64,000 bases of DNA from Candidatus Multivorans sp. (GCA_965224025.1 OZ245033.1:1056001-1120000), one strand, 5' to 3'; shown: positions 19,388 to 29,789, counted from the first letter of the stretch. A program made the numbers and translations. The notes: generated by a model from the sequence alone, not told the origin.

Positions 19388-21991
19388 TCAGAACGAAACG
19401 GTGACCGTCATCGAGACCGACCGCGGCGGTCCGAGCCAGGCCGCGTTCTCGGTGATGGCGGCGAGATAGGCCTCGTCGAGCACGTTGTTCGCCACCAGGG
19501 AGAACTCCGTCTGCCGGAGCAAGTCGCTCAACGCCTCGCCCGAGAAGCTGATGTAGGCGTCCACCAGCCAATAGGCCTCGGTCGACCAGTCGGACGCCAG
19601 GCTGACGCGCCGCGGCGCCGTGTACTTGGCGCTGACCCCCGCGCTGAGAGGACCGGACCGGTCTAGCGAAACGACCCATAGACGGTCCGGCACGCCGGTG
19701 ACGTCGGCCCCCGCGACGATGTTCTGGCTCGCGTCGACGAGTGGATCTCCGCTGCCGATGTACTCCGAGTCGTTGAGCGTGTAGGCGGTGTAGAGCGACA
19801 TCTGGTGCGGCAGCGGCACCGTGGCGGCGAGTTCGATGCCGGTGGTCTCGATACCGCCCGCGTTGAAGTAGGCGCCGCCCCCCGGGATCAGGTAGTTGGG
19901 ACCGGCCGACGTCTGCGGACCGAGGTAGAAGATTCGGTTCTCGAAGTCGATCGTGTACCAGGTGGCGCTCAGGGCGATCCGTTCCCCCGAATACTGCATG
20001 CCGAGATCGATGTTCGAAGCGGACTCCGGCTCGAGCGCGTCGAGACTGCGTCCGGGCACCTCGAGCAGGTTGGCGCTGATCGCCTTGAAGTTCTCGGCGT
20101 AACCGACAAACAGGTCCAGGCCCTCGACCGGCGTCTCGTAGGTGACGCCGCCCGAGAGGAGGGCGCTCGAATCGGAATCGACCGTCAAGTCCGGGTCGAC
20201 ATGGAACAGGTCCTCGCGCGACACGTCGATCAGGTACTGCTTGACGCCCCCGCTCAAGGTAAACCGTCCGGCATAGATCGTCTCCTCCACGTACCACTTC
20301 AGGACATCCTGCGGGAAGTCCCACTCGTACTGGTGCCAGTAGGGATTCTCGTTCCACCGGAAGCTGATCGTTGGATCGAGGATTTGGTGCCAGTCCCGGC
20401 CAAGATCCCGCCGCGAGTCCTCGTACCAGATGCCGGCCCGGAGCTTGCTGCCGGCGGCGCCGAACGTGGTAAGCCACTCCTCGTCGAGCGTGACGCCGAG
20501 GCGGTCCTTTCCGTAGTGACTGTGGCGGTACGACTGCACCGCGGTGGCGCCCGGATGGCAAGCCGGATCGACCTCCGGGCCACCGGCGCCGTAGTAGTTG
20601 AAGATGAAGGAGGACGTGCAGCCGGGCGTCGGTCCGACGGCGCCTCCGTTCCGGCCCACGAAGCGGATCAGCCCGCGCTGGGCGCCGCCTCGCACCGGCG
20701 CCCCGCCCATCAGCTCGGATTCGGGTCCACCGTTGTCGTCGGTGAGATCGACGATGTAGGGGGGCAGCCAGTCGCCGCGGCCCCGGTGTCGATGGAAATA
20801 GGCGCCCAGTCTCAGCGCCAGCGCGTCGCTGAGCTTCCAGTCCGCCTTCAGGTAGCCGAACGTGTTGTTCCGCCGGGTCTGCCAGCCGGGCCGATAGAAC
20901 TGGTTGAGGTACGGCACTCCCGGCCAGTCGCCGGTCAACCGATCCCACCGCGGATTGGCCAGGAAGTCGCCCTCGCTGTAGAGCCGCTGGTAGACGTCTT
21001 CGTGGATGCTGTCGTACGAGAAGTAGCCGGTGAGATTCAGAGGCCCGTGCGACGAGATCAGCTTGGCGGCCACGTGCTCGCGCTCGTTCTGTGCCGAACC
21101 CTCCACCCAGTCGGTCGCTTCCTGGCGCACAATGGCGACCCAGGCGCGGGTCTGACCGCCGAACAGAGGCCCGGTGTCAGCCCGCATGAAGAAGCGTTGG
21201 CCGCCGTACTCACCCATCGTGGTCGAGGCGGTATAGGTCCGCTCCGCCGCCGGATCGTCGGTCTGGTAGTCGAACGTGCCGCCCAGCGCCTCGACCGAGC
21301 GCGAGGCGATGTCGGCCGTCCCCTGGGACACTTCGACTCCGCCGAGGTTCATCGGATCGATGAACCGGTTTGCCTTGGCGCCGCTCCAGTAGTCCGACGT
21401 GCCGTTCGGGAAGCCGTCGATCGTGGTGCCGATCTGCGCCTCGTTGATGGTCACTTGAAAGCCGCGCATGGCGACGTTGGCCGACCAGTCGTCGAAGCCG
21501 TACGAGTCCCCCTCCTGGACGGAGACTCCCGGCAGGTTGTCCACCACTGAGGTGATGTTCGTGATGTTCGACTGTTGCCGCATCATCGGTTGGGAGACGA
21601 TGTTCCTCGCGAAGGTCCGGGGCTCCTCGGCCACGACCGTGACCGTTTCGAGTAGCCTCGCGACCTGCAGAACGATCCGGACGTTCTCGGTGGCGCCCGT
21701 TGCAACGGAAACCGAAGTCTCCGTCGTCTCGAAGCCCGGCAGAAACGCCGTGACGAGATAGTCGCCGGCCGGCAGACCGGCGCTGGCGTAGGAACCGTCG
21801 GCGTCGGTCACGCGTTCCTGGCGCACGCCTGGGCCGGCCACCGTCACCATTACGCCGGGCAGGGGACTGCCGTTCGCGTCGACGACGACGCCTTCGATTG
21901 TTCCTGTTATCTGGACCGCGGCCGTTGTGGTGGCCGACAGCAGCACGGCGGCGATGGCGAGTCGTCCTCGCCAGAGGCATGGGGCATCCAT
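19388..21991 (-). CDS. TonB-dependent receptor with N-terminal carboxypeptidase-regulatory-like domain
   Basis: Signal peptide, G.V.D..G.PLPGV.V, plug, LEPESASN, NVLDEAY, C-terminal Phe. Confidence 0.9.
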   Translation of the reverse strand: MDAPCLWRGRLAIAAVLLSATTTAAVQITGTIEGVVVDANGSPLPGVMVTVAGPGVRQERVTDADGSYASAGLPAGDYLVTAFLPGFETTETSVSVATGATENVRIVLQVARLLETVTVVAEEPRTFARNIVSQPMMRQQSNITNITSVVDNLPGVSVQEGDSYGFDDWSANVAMRGFQVTINEAQIGTTIDGFPNGTSDYWSGAKANRFIDPMNLGGVEVSQGTADIASRSVEALGGTFDYQTDDPAAERTYTASTTMGEYGGQRFFMRADTGPLFGGQTRAWVAIVRQEATDWVEGSAQNEREHVAAKLISSHGPLNLTGYFSYDSIHEDVYQRLYSEGDFLANPRWDRLTGDWPGVPYLNQFYRPGWQTRRNNTFGYLKADWKLSDALALRLGAYFHRHRGRGDWLPPYIVDLTDDNGGPESELMGGAPVRGGAQRGLIRFVGRNGGAVGPTPGCTSSFIFNYYGAGGPEVDPACHPGATAVQSYRHSHYGKDRLGVTLDEEWLTTFGAAGSKLRAGIWYEDSRRDLGRDWHQILDPTISFRWNENPYWHQYEWDFPQDVLKWYVEETIYAGRFTLSGGVKQYLIDVSREDLFHVDPDLTVDSDSSALLSGGVTYETPVEGLDLFVGYAENFKAISANLLEVPGRSLDALEPESASNIDLGMQYSGERIALSATWYTIDFENRIFYLGPQTSAGPNYLIPGGGAYFNAGGIETTGIELAATVPLPHQMSLYTAYTLNDSEYIGSGDPLVDASQNIVAGADVTGVPDRLWVVSLDRSGPLSAGVSAKYTAPRRVSLASDWSTEAYWLVDAYISFSGEALSDLLRQTEFSLVANNVLDEAYLAAITENAAWLGPPRSVSMTVTVSF

Positions 21992-22051
21992 TGGGGCAGC
22001 ACCTCCCGAGAAGAAAAGAACCCGATCAGGGGTGAAGGACTGGCCGAAATT

Positions 22052-22399
22052 TGGTGGAGGCGGTGGGAATCGAACCCACGTCCGCGAGACTCGGCGCGAG
22101 GGATCTACGTGCGTAGCCTTCACTCGATTGGTCGCTGCCGGCTTGGGTAGAAGGCCACCACGGCCGGCGGTCTAGCTCCGAAGTGATCCGGTCTGAGTTC
22201 GGAGCAGCGCTCAGACGTTCGATCCACTTTGAGTGTCGCTCCTGACGGCGCCGTGAATCAAGGCTCCGGCAGGACCGTGGAGGTTTCTAAGCCGCCAGTG
22301 CCAATTCGTCGTTGGCGAGTATCAAGAAACCGGTTTACGAGTCGGACTCGGCACGCAACCCCCGAACCGCATGATCTCCCGTCGAAGCCATGCGCCCCC
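22052..22399 (-). ncRNA. ssrA: tmRNA copy 1 (tag ANDELALAA)
   Basis: 5' GGGGGCG...TTCGAC, 3' GGTTCGATTCCCACCGCCTCCACCA, tag GCCAACGACGAATTGGCACTGGCGGCTTAG. Confidence 0.95.
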
Positions 22400-22410
22400 A
22401 GGGACCGTGG

Positions 22411-22416
22411 ATTCTA
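22411..22416 (-). promoter_or_regulatory. -10 element (TAGAAT) of ssrA copy 1
   Basis: TGTAGAAT 12 bp upstream of the mature 5' end; conserved in both copies. Confidence 0.6.
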
Positions 22417-22524
22417 CACCAGACGGCTGCGCCCTGTTGGCAGAGGGCAACGGTTGCCAGCGAGCCGGCTGCCACTGCCGCCAGGACGCCTCGCCAGCGC
22501 CGGGTAGGCAATGCCGAAATCGCG

Positions 22525-25269
22525 CTAGAAGGTCATCCCGAGCTTCAGCCGGAACTCACGCGGAACGAGGTAGCCGCCGGCACTCGAACTCGGCCTTCCG
22601 TTGGCGAGATTCACCGACACCTGATCCTGCTCGTCGGTCACGTTCGCCACCTCGAAGCCGACTTTCCCCGCGAAGGCACCGCGAATCGGAAAGTCCCAGG
22701 CAGCGGCGACCGCCAGCGTCATCGTGTCGGGGAGCTTCTGCGCATCGCGGGGCTCGACGTAGGCCCAGGTGTTGATCCGGGCGCCCGACACGGGATGCAG
22801 CACGGCCGTGCTCGGGCGTAGCCCCCACCGCCGGCCCGCCTGTGCATTGACGATGGCACTCGCGACCACACTCTGATTGCCGATGTCCCAGCGCTTGACC
22901 CCAATGACGTGGGCTACGTACTCGCGATCGGTGTTCAGCCGGCCGTCGAGATTGCGGGCGGTGGGGTTGAGAACCCCAGTCCCAAGCTGGACTCCGCCGA
23001 GGCCCTCGAACTCGTTGCCCTGAGCGTTGAGATCATCTTCGTTGCCCTCGAGCTTGCCGACCGTCAAGTCGGTGCGCAGCGACCAACCCCCGCGGAAGTA
23101 GCGGTTGGCCGCCAGCATCAGCCCCCGGTACTCGCGGAACAGCTCGGGTCGGTTGACGATCTGTCTGAAGATCTGGCCGTCCGCGTCATATTGGTCGTTC
23201 GCCTGGTAGAGGTCTTTCGACTCGTTCCACATCAGCCGAGAGGTGAACACCCAGTTGGGGGCGAACTGCCAGTCCACACCCATCGAGACCTCGTCCTTGA
23301 ACCAGGGCTCGACTGACTGGATCTCGTTGTCGTTGGCCGCGATGAAGCTCCGTTGGAAGATGTCGTATCTCTGGGTTGCCGGGTTCCATCCGAACTGGTC
23401 GAAGGTATTCAGGCCGTTGGTGCCGCGGGTGAAGTGACGGAAGGCGAGGTCCAGCGGGAAGATCCGAACGGCGCGCCCGGCGGTCCCCCGAACCAGGAGC
23501 TTGCCGTCGGCGTTGACGTCGTAAACCGCCGAGAACCGCGGCGCGGGCTCCCGGTAGTCGTTGACCTGCTCGCCGATGTTGTTGGTTACGGTCTGATCGT
23601 CGAGGCGGAGCCCCGCGGTGACCACCCAGTGATCTCCGATGCTGATGCGGTCCTGGGCGTGGATCGCACGCATCGGGCTCTCGTATCTCGAAATGCCGTC
23701 TCCCCCCGGCGACACGTAGACCCGCTTGTTCACGGGTGTCGTGAAGCCGCTCGGCGAATTCAGGTCGTAGCCGCGACCGCGGTAGTCGGTGACGAGGTCG
23801 GCTTTCGCGTTGTAGAACATCGTGTGCTCATCGATCCCGAAGCGCCACTCGTGGTTGCCCTTGAAGAGTGACGCCGCGAGGTTGATCTGCTCGCGAGGAA
23901 AGTCGTTGAAGCCATCGCCGTTGGCCGCCGCGTTACCGTTGTATCGAACCCTGTCGTTGAGGTCCTGGTAGCGGAAGTTGGTGGCGAGCGGGCTATCCGG
24001 CGGAGCGTTGGGGTCGATTTCCCGACGATGCGTAACCCCGCGCGTCAGTTTGTCCGTGCTGTCCGCGACCTTCACCTCGAGGAAGAGGCTCCGGGTGGCG
24101 CTGAAGTTCCAGGCGGCGCTGGCGAGCTTGCTGTCGATCTCTGTCACTGAGAGGGAGTAGATATCCCCGCTGTTTCCCGCGCCCTCGTAGTCGCTCGGTG
24201 CCGTGAGGCCGGTGAACGAGAAATGATGCCGGTCTCCAGCCTGAACGTTGAACTTGCCGACGACCGGCTCGCCCCTCTGGGCAGTCTCGACAACGAAACC
24301 AGTGTTGGTCTGACTGTAGTAGCCGTCGAAGCTCTCACCGGTGGCGACGAAGAACCACGCCCTGTCGCGCCAGATGGGGCCTCCGAGTGAGGCCTCCCAG
24401 GAGTTGAGCTGCTTGTCCGGGCGAGGAAGGTCCGGAGCGACTTGGGAGACAGCGCGCCAGGTGGGGTTCTGACCGACGAAGAGCGCATCGCCGTGAAAGT
24501 CGTTCGTGCCCGACTTGATGACGGTATTGACGATCCCACTGGTGGAGCGGCCGTACTCGGCGCCGTTTCCTGCGACCTGCACGCTGATCGCGGCGGTGGA
24601 GGTGGTCGGCAGGTTGAAGCGGAACTCACCGCCGCGCCGGGTCTGGCTGATGTCGACGCCCTCGATGAACGAGCCCACTTCGTAGGTCAGGCCCCCTGGC
24701 GTGGCCATGAAGCTGCTGTCGTTGGCGGTGTTGCGTGAAGTGACCCCGGGAAGCTGATGCACAGCCGACCCGTACGCGCGACTGGAGAACGCCACTTCCT
24801 CGGTGACCTCAGAGCTCAACGTCGCCGTCAAAGTGGTCTCGAACTTGCTGATCAAGGGCGCCTCGGCGGTCACCGTGATCGCCTCGGCGGTCTCGGAGCG
24901 CAGCTCGAGGTCGATGCCGCGGCGCTCTCCGACCTGCAACTGCGTCGCTACTCTGGCCTGGCCCAGGCCCTCGAGTTCGCCGTGAACCTCGTAGGCGTCC
25001 GGCGGTAGAACGGCGAAGCGGTAGTTCCCGTCGGCATCGGTGATTGCCGTCTTGGTTCCCTGAGGGCCGGTCAGGGTCACCGTGACGCCGGGCAGGGCCC
25101 CACCCTGAGCGTCGAGAGCGCGGCCCTCGATCGTCCCAGTCTGCGGCCCGTCGGCCGACAGGGACATGGGAGCGCAGAGAACGAGGGTTGTGGCGAGAAG
25201 AAGGCGCGGTCGACTAAGTGTTTTCGTGAGCTCAGCTCCCCCAGGGTTTGGGCCGCTACGAACGGCCAA
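22525..25269 (-). CDS. Oar-like TonB-dependent receptor
   Basis: CarboxypepD_reg N-terminus, AEYGRSTSGIVNTVIKSGTNDFHG, LGGPIWRDRAWFF, C-terminal Phe; start uncertain. Confidence 0.9.
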   Translation of the reverse strand: MAVRSGPNPGGAELTKTLSRPRLLLATTLVLCAPMSLSADGPQTGTIEGRALDAQGGALPGVTVTLTGPQGTKTAITDADGNYRFAVLPPDAYEVHGELEGLGQARVATQLQVGERRGIDLELRSETAEAITVTAEAPLISKFETTLTATLSSEVTEEVAFSSRAYGSAVHQLPGVTSRNTANDSSFMATPGGLTYEVGSFIEGVDISQTRRGGEFRFNLPTTSTAAISVQVAGNGAEYGRSTSGIVNTVIKSGTNDFHGDALFVGQNPTWRAVSQVAPDLPRPDKQLNSWEASLGGPIWRDRAWFFVATGESFDGYYSQTNTGFVVETAQRGEPVVGKFNVQAGDRHHFSFTGLTAPSDYEGAGNSGDIYSLSVTEIDSKLASAAWNFSATRSLFLEVKVADSTDKLTRGVTHRREIDPNAPPDSPLATNFRYQDLNDRVRYNGNAAANGDGFNDFPREQINLAASLFKGNHEWRFGIDEHTMFYNAKADLVTDYRGRGYDLNSPSGFTTPVNKRVYVSPGGDGISRYESPMRAIHAQDRISIGDHWVVTAGLRLDDQTVTNNIGEQVNDYREPAPRFSAVYDVNADGKLLVRGTAGRAVRIFPLDLAFRHFTRGTNGLNTFDQFGWNPATQRYDIFQRSFIAANDNEIQSVEPWFKDEVSMGVDWQFAPNWVFTSRLMWNESKDLYQANDQYDADGQIFRQIVNRPELFREYRGLMLAANRYFRGGWSLRTDLTVGKLEGNEDDLNAQGNEFEGLGGVQLGTGVLNPTARNLDGRLNTDREYVAHVIGVKRWDIGNQSVVASAIVNAQAGRRWGLRPSTAVLHPVSGARINTWAYVEPRDAQKLPDTMTLAVAAAWDFPIRGAFAGKVGFEVANVTDEQDQVSVNLANGRPSSSAGGYLVPREFRLKLGMTF

Positions 25270-25482
25270 TGTTCACACAGCGTTCAATACGTTCCACTGT
25301 AGTACGGGAGGGGGCTGGGCTGTCAACCCGAGAAGTCAGAACGGCGCCCGAGAAGTGGCGCCTCGGGCGAGTTGGTGTCTTGCGACGTCCACGTCGCTCC
25401 CGGCCTCGGCACTGCCATGGGCTCGCTCTACAACTCCAGGATCACCGGTATGATGCGTATCACCGGGGCCGAGGAGGGGGGA

Positions 25483-25830
25483 TGGTGGAGGCGGTGGGAA
25501 TCGAACCCACGTCCGCGAGACTCGGCGCGAGGGACCTACGTGCGTAGCCTTCACTCGATCAGTCGCCGCCGGCTTGGGTAGAAGGCCACCACGGCCAGCG
25601 GTCTAGCCCCGAAGTGATCCGGCCTGAGTTCAGAGCCGCGCTCAGGCGTTCGGTCCACTTTGAGTGTCGCTCCTGACGGCGCCGCGAATCAAGGCTCCGG
25701 CAGGACCGTGACGGCTTCTAAGCCGCCAGTGCCAATTCGTCGTTGGCGAGTGTCAAAATTCCGGTTTACGAGTCGGACTCGGCACGCAACCCCCGAACCG
25801 CATGATCTCCCGTCGAAGCCATGCGCCCCC
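25483..25830 (-). ncRNA. ssrA: tmRNA copy 2 (tag ANDELALAA)
   Basis: Full-length 348-nt homologue of copy 1 with intact acceptor stem, T-arm, CCA and tag. Confidence 0.95.
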
Positions 25831-25841
25831 AGGGACCGGGG

Positions 25842-25847
25842 ATTCTA
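25842..25847 (-). promoter_or_regulatory. -10 element (TAGAAT) of ssrA copy 2
   Basis: Same position and sequence as in copy 1. Confidence 0.6.
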
Positions 25848-25886
25848 CACCAGTCTCGGCGTTGCTCGGGGGTTGCGCGTCGGTGA

Positions 25887-26077
25887 CACCCGCCTGACCC
25901 GGGGTTGAAGGAGGGGGTCCCAGGGGACGCTCGCGCTTTCGTGGTGAGTGGAAGATCGGCGCTCGCTTGGGTCGCCTGCGCTCCGGGAAGTCGTCGGTTC
26001 AGGGAAGGTCGTCAGCAGTAGCTTGGCTCCAGCCCCCTAGGACCCCCTCCTTCAACCCCGGGCCAGGCTGGACGTCG
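25887..26077 (+). repeat. ~192-bp structured dispersed element, copy 2
   Basis: CACCCGC start; stem GCCTGACCCGGGGTTGAAGGAGGGGGTCCCAGGGG / CCCCCTAGGACCCCCTCCTTCAACCCCGGGCCAGGC. Confidence 0.85.
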
Positions 26078-26472
26078 CCGGGCAGCGGGATACGCCCGCC
26101 TCCATCAGTGAGAGCCACGATCGCGGCCAGTGGATCTGTCGGGTCACGCAGAGATGAGGAGTGCCCCCAAACGCCACCCCGGCCCTTGTTTGAGAGGCCT
26201 GCCGGTGTTCGTCGCACAGGACTCGGTCCCACGACGAGGCCGGTGTGTTCATTGACGGACATGTGATTCACACTCCGGAAACGAGTAGTCTCGACGAAGC
26301 CCAGCGCGCATGTGGCCCCGCTTGGTTCCTTGGTGTCAAGTGATCGGGCGGCAACTCAACGTGCTCGCCGCCAGAATCTGGGGCATACTCCCCGGCATGG
26401 GAATGCCTCCTACGTTGTTGATCGAGGCTGCGAGCCCTATTCGGCCTGCTGCTCTAGAAAGGTGAAGCTCTA

Positions 26473-27648
26473 GTGCGGACTCACGACGCAGGAGACGTTG
26501 CAACAGCCTTAGGGGGCAAGTTGGCTGCCCGGTCACGACACGTATGCCTTTTCCTAGGCGCTGGTGCCAGCAAAGCCTGTGGCTTGCCGGACGTGGAGGA
26601 GTTGGAGGAGACTGTGCTGGACAGCCTTGCAGCTCCGGATGAGACCGTGCTGCGGAGGCTGCTAGAGGGCCGAACTCTCGAGCAGGTTCTAAGTCGCCTC
26701 CGCCGAATTGCGGGACTCGTCTCCGGTGAAGCTGCGGTTGATGGTCTAAGAGCAAAGGACGCTGAGAATCTAGATAACGCGGTGTGCCGGGCGATTGTGG
26801 ACGCGCTGAGTGTGGATAGCGCTTCACCCACTGCAGCCCACTATCTTGCTGTCTGGGCGGCGCGAGCAAACTACCGCGTTCCTGTGGAGCTCTTTACGGT
26901 GAACTACGATCTGCTCCTTGAGAGTGCGTTGGAGCATGTGGGGGCACCCTACTTCGATGGGTTCGTCGGGGCGCTTGAGGCTCGGTTCCATACCGAGTTA
27001 GTGGAGGCAACAGAGGGCAGGGATGACGAGACGGTGCCTCGGTTCTTTGTTCGGCTTTGGAAGCTGCACGGCTCTGTCAACTGGGTTCGAAGGGAGGAAG
27101 GAGGGATCGTTAGACTTGGACAGGTCGCCCCTAACACGCGACCGGCGGCGATCTATCCGTCGGATACAAAGTACGAGGAGTCTCGACGTGTCCCGTTCCT
27201 TGTCCTTCAGGACCAGTTCAGGAGGGCCCTTCATCGGCCGGAAACACTTGTGTTGATTAGCGGCTATTCCTTTGGGGACGAACACCTTAACGAGCACATT
27301 TACGGCGCGGCGACACGCCGAGCTCGGTCGGAGTTCATCGTGTTCTGCTTTGACGAGATTCCCGAGCCCCTAGCGGATCGCGCCATGTTGACGCCGAACC
27401 TCCAAGTCTTAGCCGCCCAAGAGGCGATTATCGGTGGCGTCAGGGGGAATTGGCAGGAACCGAAAACTCCTGTGACGGATGTCTGGCGCGATGATGCCTT
27501 CACGCTCGTCGACTTCAACGAACTCGCGAGACACTTGGCGCGCAGCACGGCCCCACAGTACGAAGACGGACGGGCCTTGGAGGAGTTGCTAGAGCGGCTC
27601 GGCGTCGGTGGCGGATCTGCGGTTGAGGGCGGAGAGAAGGGTGGTTGA
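26473..27648 (+). CDS. SIR2-like (SIR2_2) NADase, Sir2-HerA defence effector
   Basis: FLGAGAS, FTVNYD, KLHGSVNW, IYPS, GYSFGDEHLN. Confidence 0.9.
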   Translation: MRTHDAGDVATALGGKLAARSRHVCLFLGAGASKACGLPDVEELEETVLDSLAAPDETVLRRLLEGRTLEQVLSRLRRIAGLVSGEAAVDGLRAKDAENLDNAVCRAIVDALSVDSASPTAAHYLAVWAARANYRVPVELFTVNYDLLLESALEHVGAPYFDGFVGALEARFHTELVEATEGRDDETVPRFFVRLWKLHGSVNWVRREEGGIVRLGQVAPNTRPAAIYPSDTKYEESRRVPFLVLQDQFRRALHRPETLVLISGYSFGDEHLNEHIYGAATRRARSEFIVFCFDEIPEPLADRAMLTPNLQVLAAQEAIIGGVRGNWQEPKTPVTDVWRDDAFTLVDFNELARHLARSTAPQYEDGRALEELLERLGVGGGSAVEGGEKGG

Positions 27649-29403
27649 GCAGGATCCGACACGAATCGGGCAAGTCCTTCGGGTACGGGGCGCTGCCGTC
27701 ACGGTCGCGCTCGATCCCGACTTGGCCGGCACCTCGCCGATCTTCCGAGGGCGCCTTCACGCTGTAGGACAGATCGGATCGTTAGTTCGAGTTCCGCAGG
27801 GAGCTGTGGATCTCGTTGCCACCGTGGTCTTCGTCGGTATCACTGAAGGACAGAGCGACGTTGCGCCGACATCGGCACTCCAGCCGGAGGAACGGTACCT
27901 GCAGGTACAGTTACTCGGACAGATTGATCGCGGAACAGGGACGTTTCAGCGTGGTGTGGGGTCGTATCCTGGACTTGACGATCCAGTGCACTTCGCAACT
28001 CCCGAAGAACTGAAGGCGGTCTTTCCTGGCCCCGGGGATGAGAACCTACCTCTAGGACGTCTCGCTGCGGCTGAGGAGACTCCCGTGTGCGTGGAGGCAA
28101 AGAGCTTTGTTGTCCGTCACGCGGCGGTCGTTGGGTCGACGGGCTCGGGCAAGACCAGCGCCGTTGCGGCCACGCTCCAAGGCTTCGTCAAGGGAGGTTG
28201 GGATGCTGCGAACATCGTTGTGGTGGACCCACACGGCGAGTACTCCCGAGCCATGGACGGGTACGCGTCGGTCAGGAGCGTCCTAGGAAGTGGCGCAAAC
28301 CGCCTGCGTGTTCCGTTTTGGGCGATGGCGGCGAACGATATTGTCCGCGTCTTTTGTGGGTCTTGGGCGAGGGGACGTTCTACAAACGTTTCGTCGAACT
28401 CGTTACGCAGCACCGGCGGGAGTTCGTTAGGGCCGCCAACTGGCTTTCATTGGAGCCCTCGGCGGTTACAGCCGATACACCAGTGCCGTTCGATATTCGA
28501 GAAGTGTGGTATCAGCTTGATGCTGAGAACAACATGACTCTGAAAGAAAAGGGCAACCCAGACACCGTGTGTAAGAAGAGCGAAGGCAACGCTTCAGAAC
28601 TGCATCCCGCGACCTTTACACCCTACGGTGCTGGCGGTAGGTCGCCCCACCAGGGCCCGTACTACGGAGTCCATGGCACCTTACCGAACCAACTGCGGCT
28701 CGGCCTGCTGGACCCTCAACTGCGGGCCTTTCTGTCGCCGGAGGGTGAGACGGACGGTACAGACCCGATGATCGAGGTCGTGCAGAGTTGGCTCGGCGAT
28801 GAACGCCCAGTATCTGTGCTCGACTTTAGCGGAGTGCCAGCGATTGCGGCGGACCTTGCGATAGGCGTCGTACTGAACTTGATCTTTGAGATCTCTCTCC
28901 GTTGCGACTTCGGCGGGCCTGGCATCGGGCGGCCCTGTCCCGTCTTGATAGTCCTTGAGGAAGCGCATCGCTACCTTGGAAGCGAGGCCGGCGCTCTGAC
29001 ACGTCAATCCGTGAACAGGATTGCTCGGGAGGGTCGAAAGTACGGCGTCGGCATCATGCTTGTCTCGCAACGTCCGACGGAGCTCCCAAGTACTGCGCTG
29101 GCGCAATGCGGAACGTTGGTTGCACTCAGGCTTTCGAACTCGGGGGACCAGGGGGCGATTCGAGCGGCTCTGCCTGACGAGATTGGGGGCTTGGCTGCCG
29201 CCCTGCCTTCACTGCGTACGGGGGAGGCGATTGTGAGCGGGGAGTCCATGGTATTGCCGGCTCGCATTCTTTTTGATATGCCTGAGCCTAGGCCGAAGGC
29301 AGATGATCCAAGCCTAGAGGCTTGGCGCGGCAAGCCTGCGGTCCCGGACGTTGCGCCAGCTTTGATGGCTTGGCGTGGAACACATGAGGTTGCAGATGAT
29401 TGA
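27641..29403 (+). CDS. herA: HerA/DUF87 ATPase, split by a -1 frameshift at ~28359
   Basis: N-part: HAS barrel, GSTGSGKT, DPHGEY; C-part: LEEAHRYL, IAREGRKYG, SQRPTEL, LRTGEAI. Confidence 0.87.
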
Positions 29404-29614
29404 TTGGAAACCTGTGAGTAACTCTACGCGGATCGTCGCGGAAGCGTACGATCCGACGGCGGAGACGATTTACGTGCGCTTCCCTAGTGGAGTTGAGTGG
29501 TGGTACTCGGCATGTCCACCGGAGGTCTGGGGGGCTTTCACTGCTCCAGGGCAGTCGCGCGGCGCGTACATCCATGAGGTACTGAATCACAAGCCCCACG
29601 GGCGTCACGGCTAG
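29396..29614 (+). CDS. KTSC-domain protein
   Basis: S..I...AYDP...TIYVRFPSG...Y..CPPEVW..F......S.G.Y; overlaps herA stop by 8 bp, RBS GAGGT. Confidence 0.8.
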   Translation: MIDWKPVSNSTRIVAEAYDPTAETIYVRFPSGVEWWYSACPPEVWGAFTAPGQSRGAYIHEVLNHKPHGRHG

Positions 29615-29789
29615 CAAAGTGAGGCTAGGCATGCCTCCGTCCGTTGTGCCGGTGTTGTATGGAGGTGTAGGACGTTAGACGCCTAACCCGAACGAGCTTG
29701 GCAAGTACGCCGGGAAGAACCCTGTAACAGCGCCGGATCCGCGGCGACGTATGGCGGACCTCGGAGGCCGCGCGGGTACCTACGGAGGG

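Noticed and set aside
21992-22123. N-terminal extension of the TBDR ORF into tmRNA
   Set aside because: Overlaps the tmRNA; RBS and signal peptide support ATG 21991
28340-28380. Programmed -1 ribosomal frameshift in herA
   Set aside because: No X XXY YYZ slippery heptamer; a single-G loss explains it
29674-29688. Integron attC (GTTAGAC next to GCCTAAC)
   Set aside because: Core motifs are in the wrong order for one attC, there are no L boxes, and no intI is present
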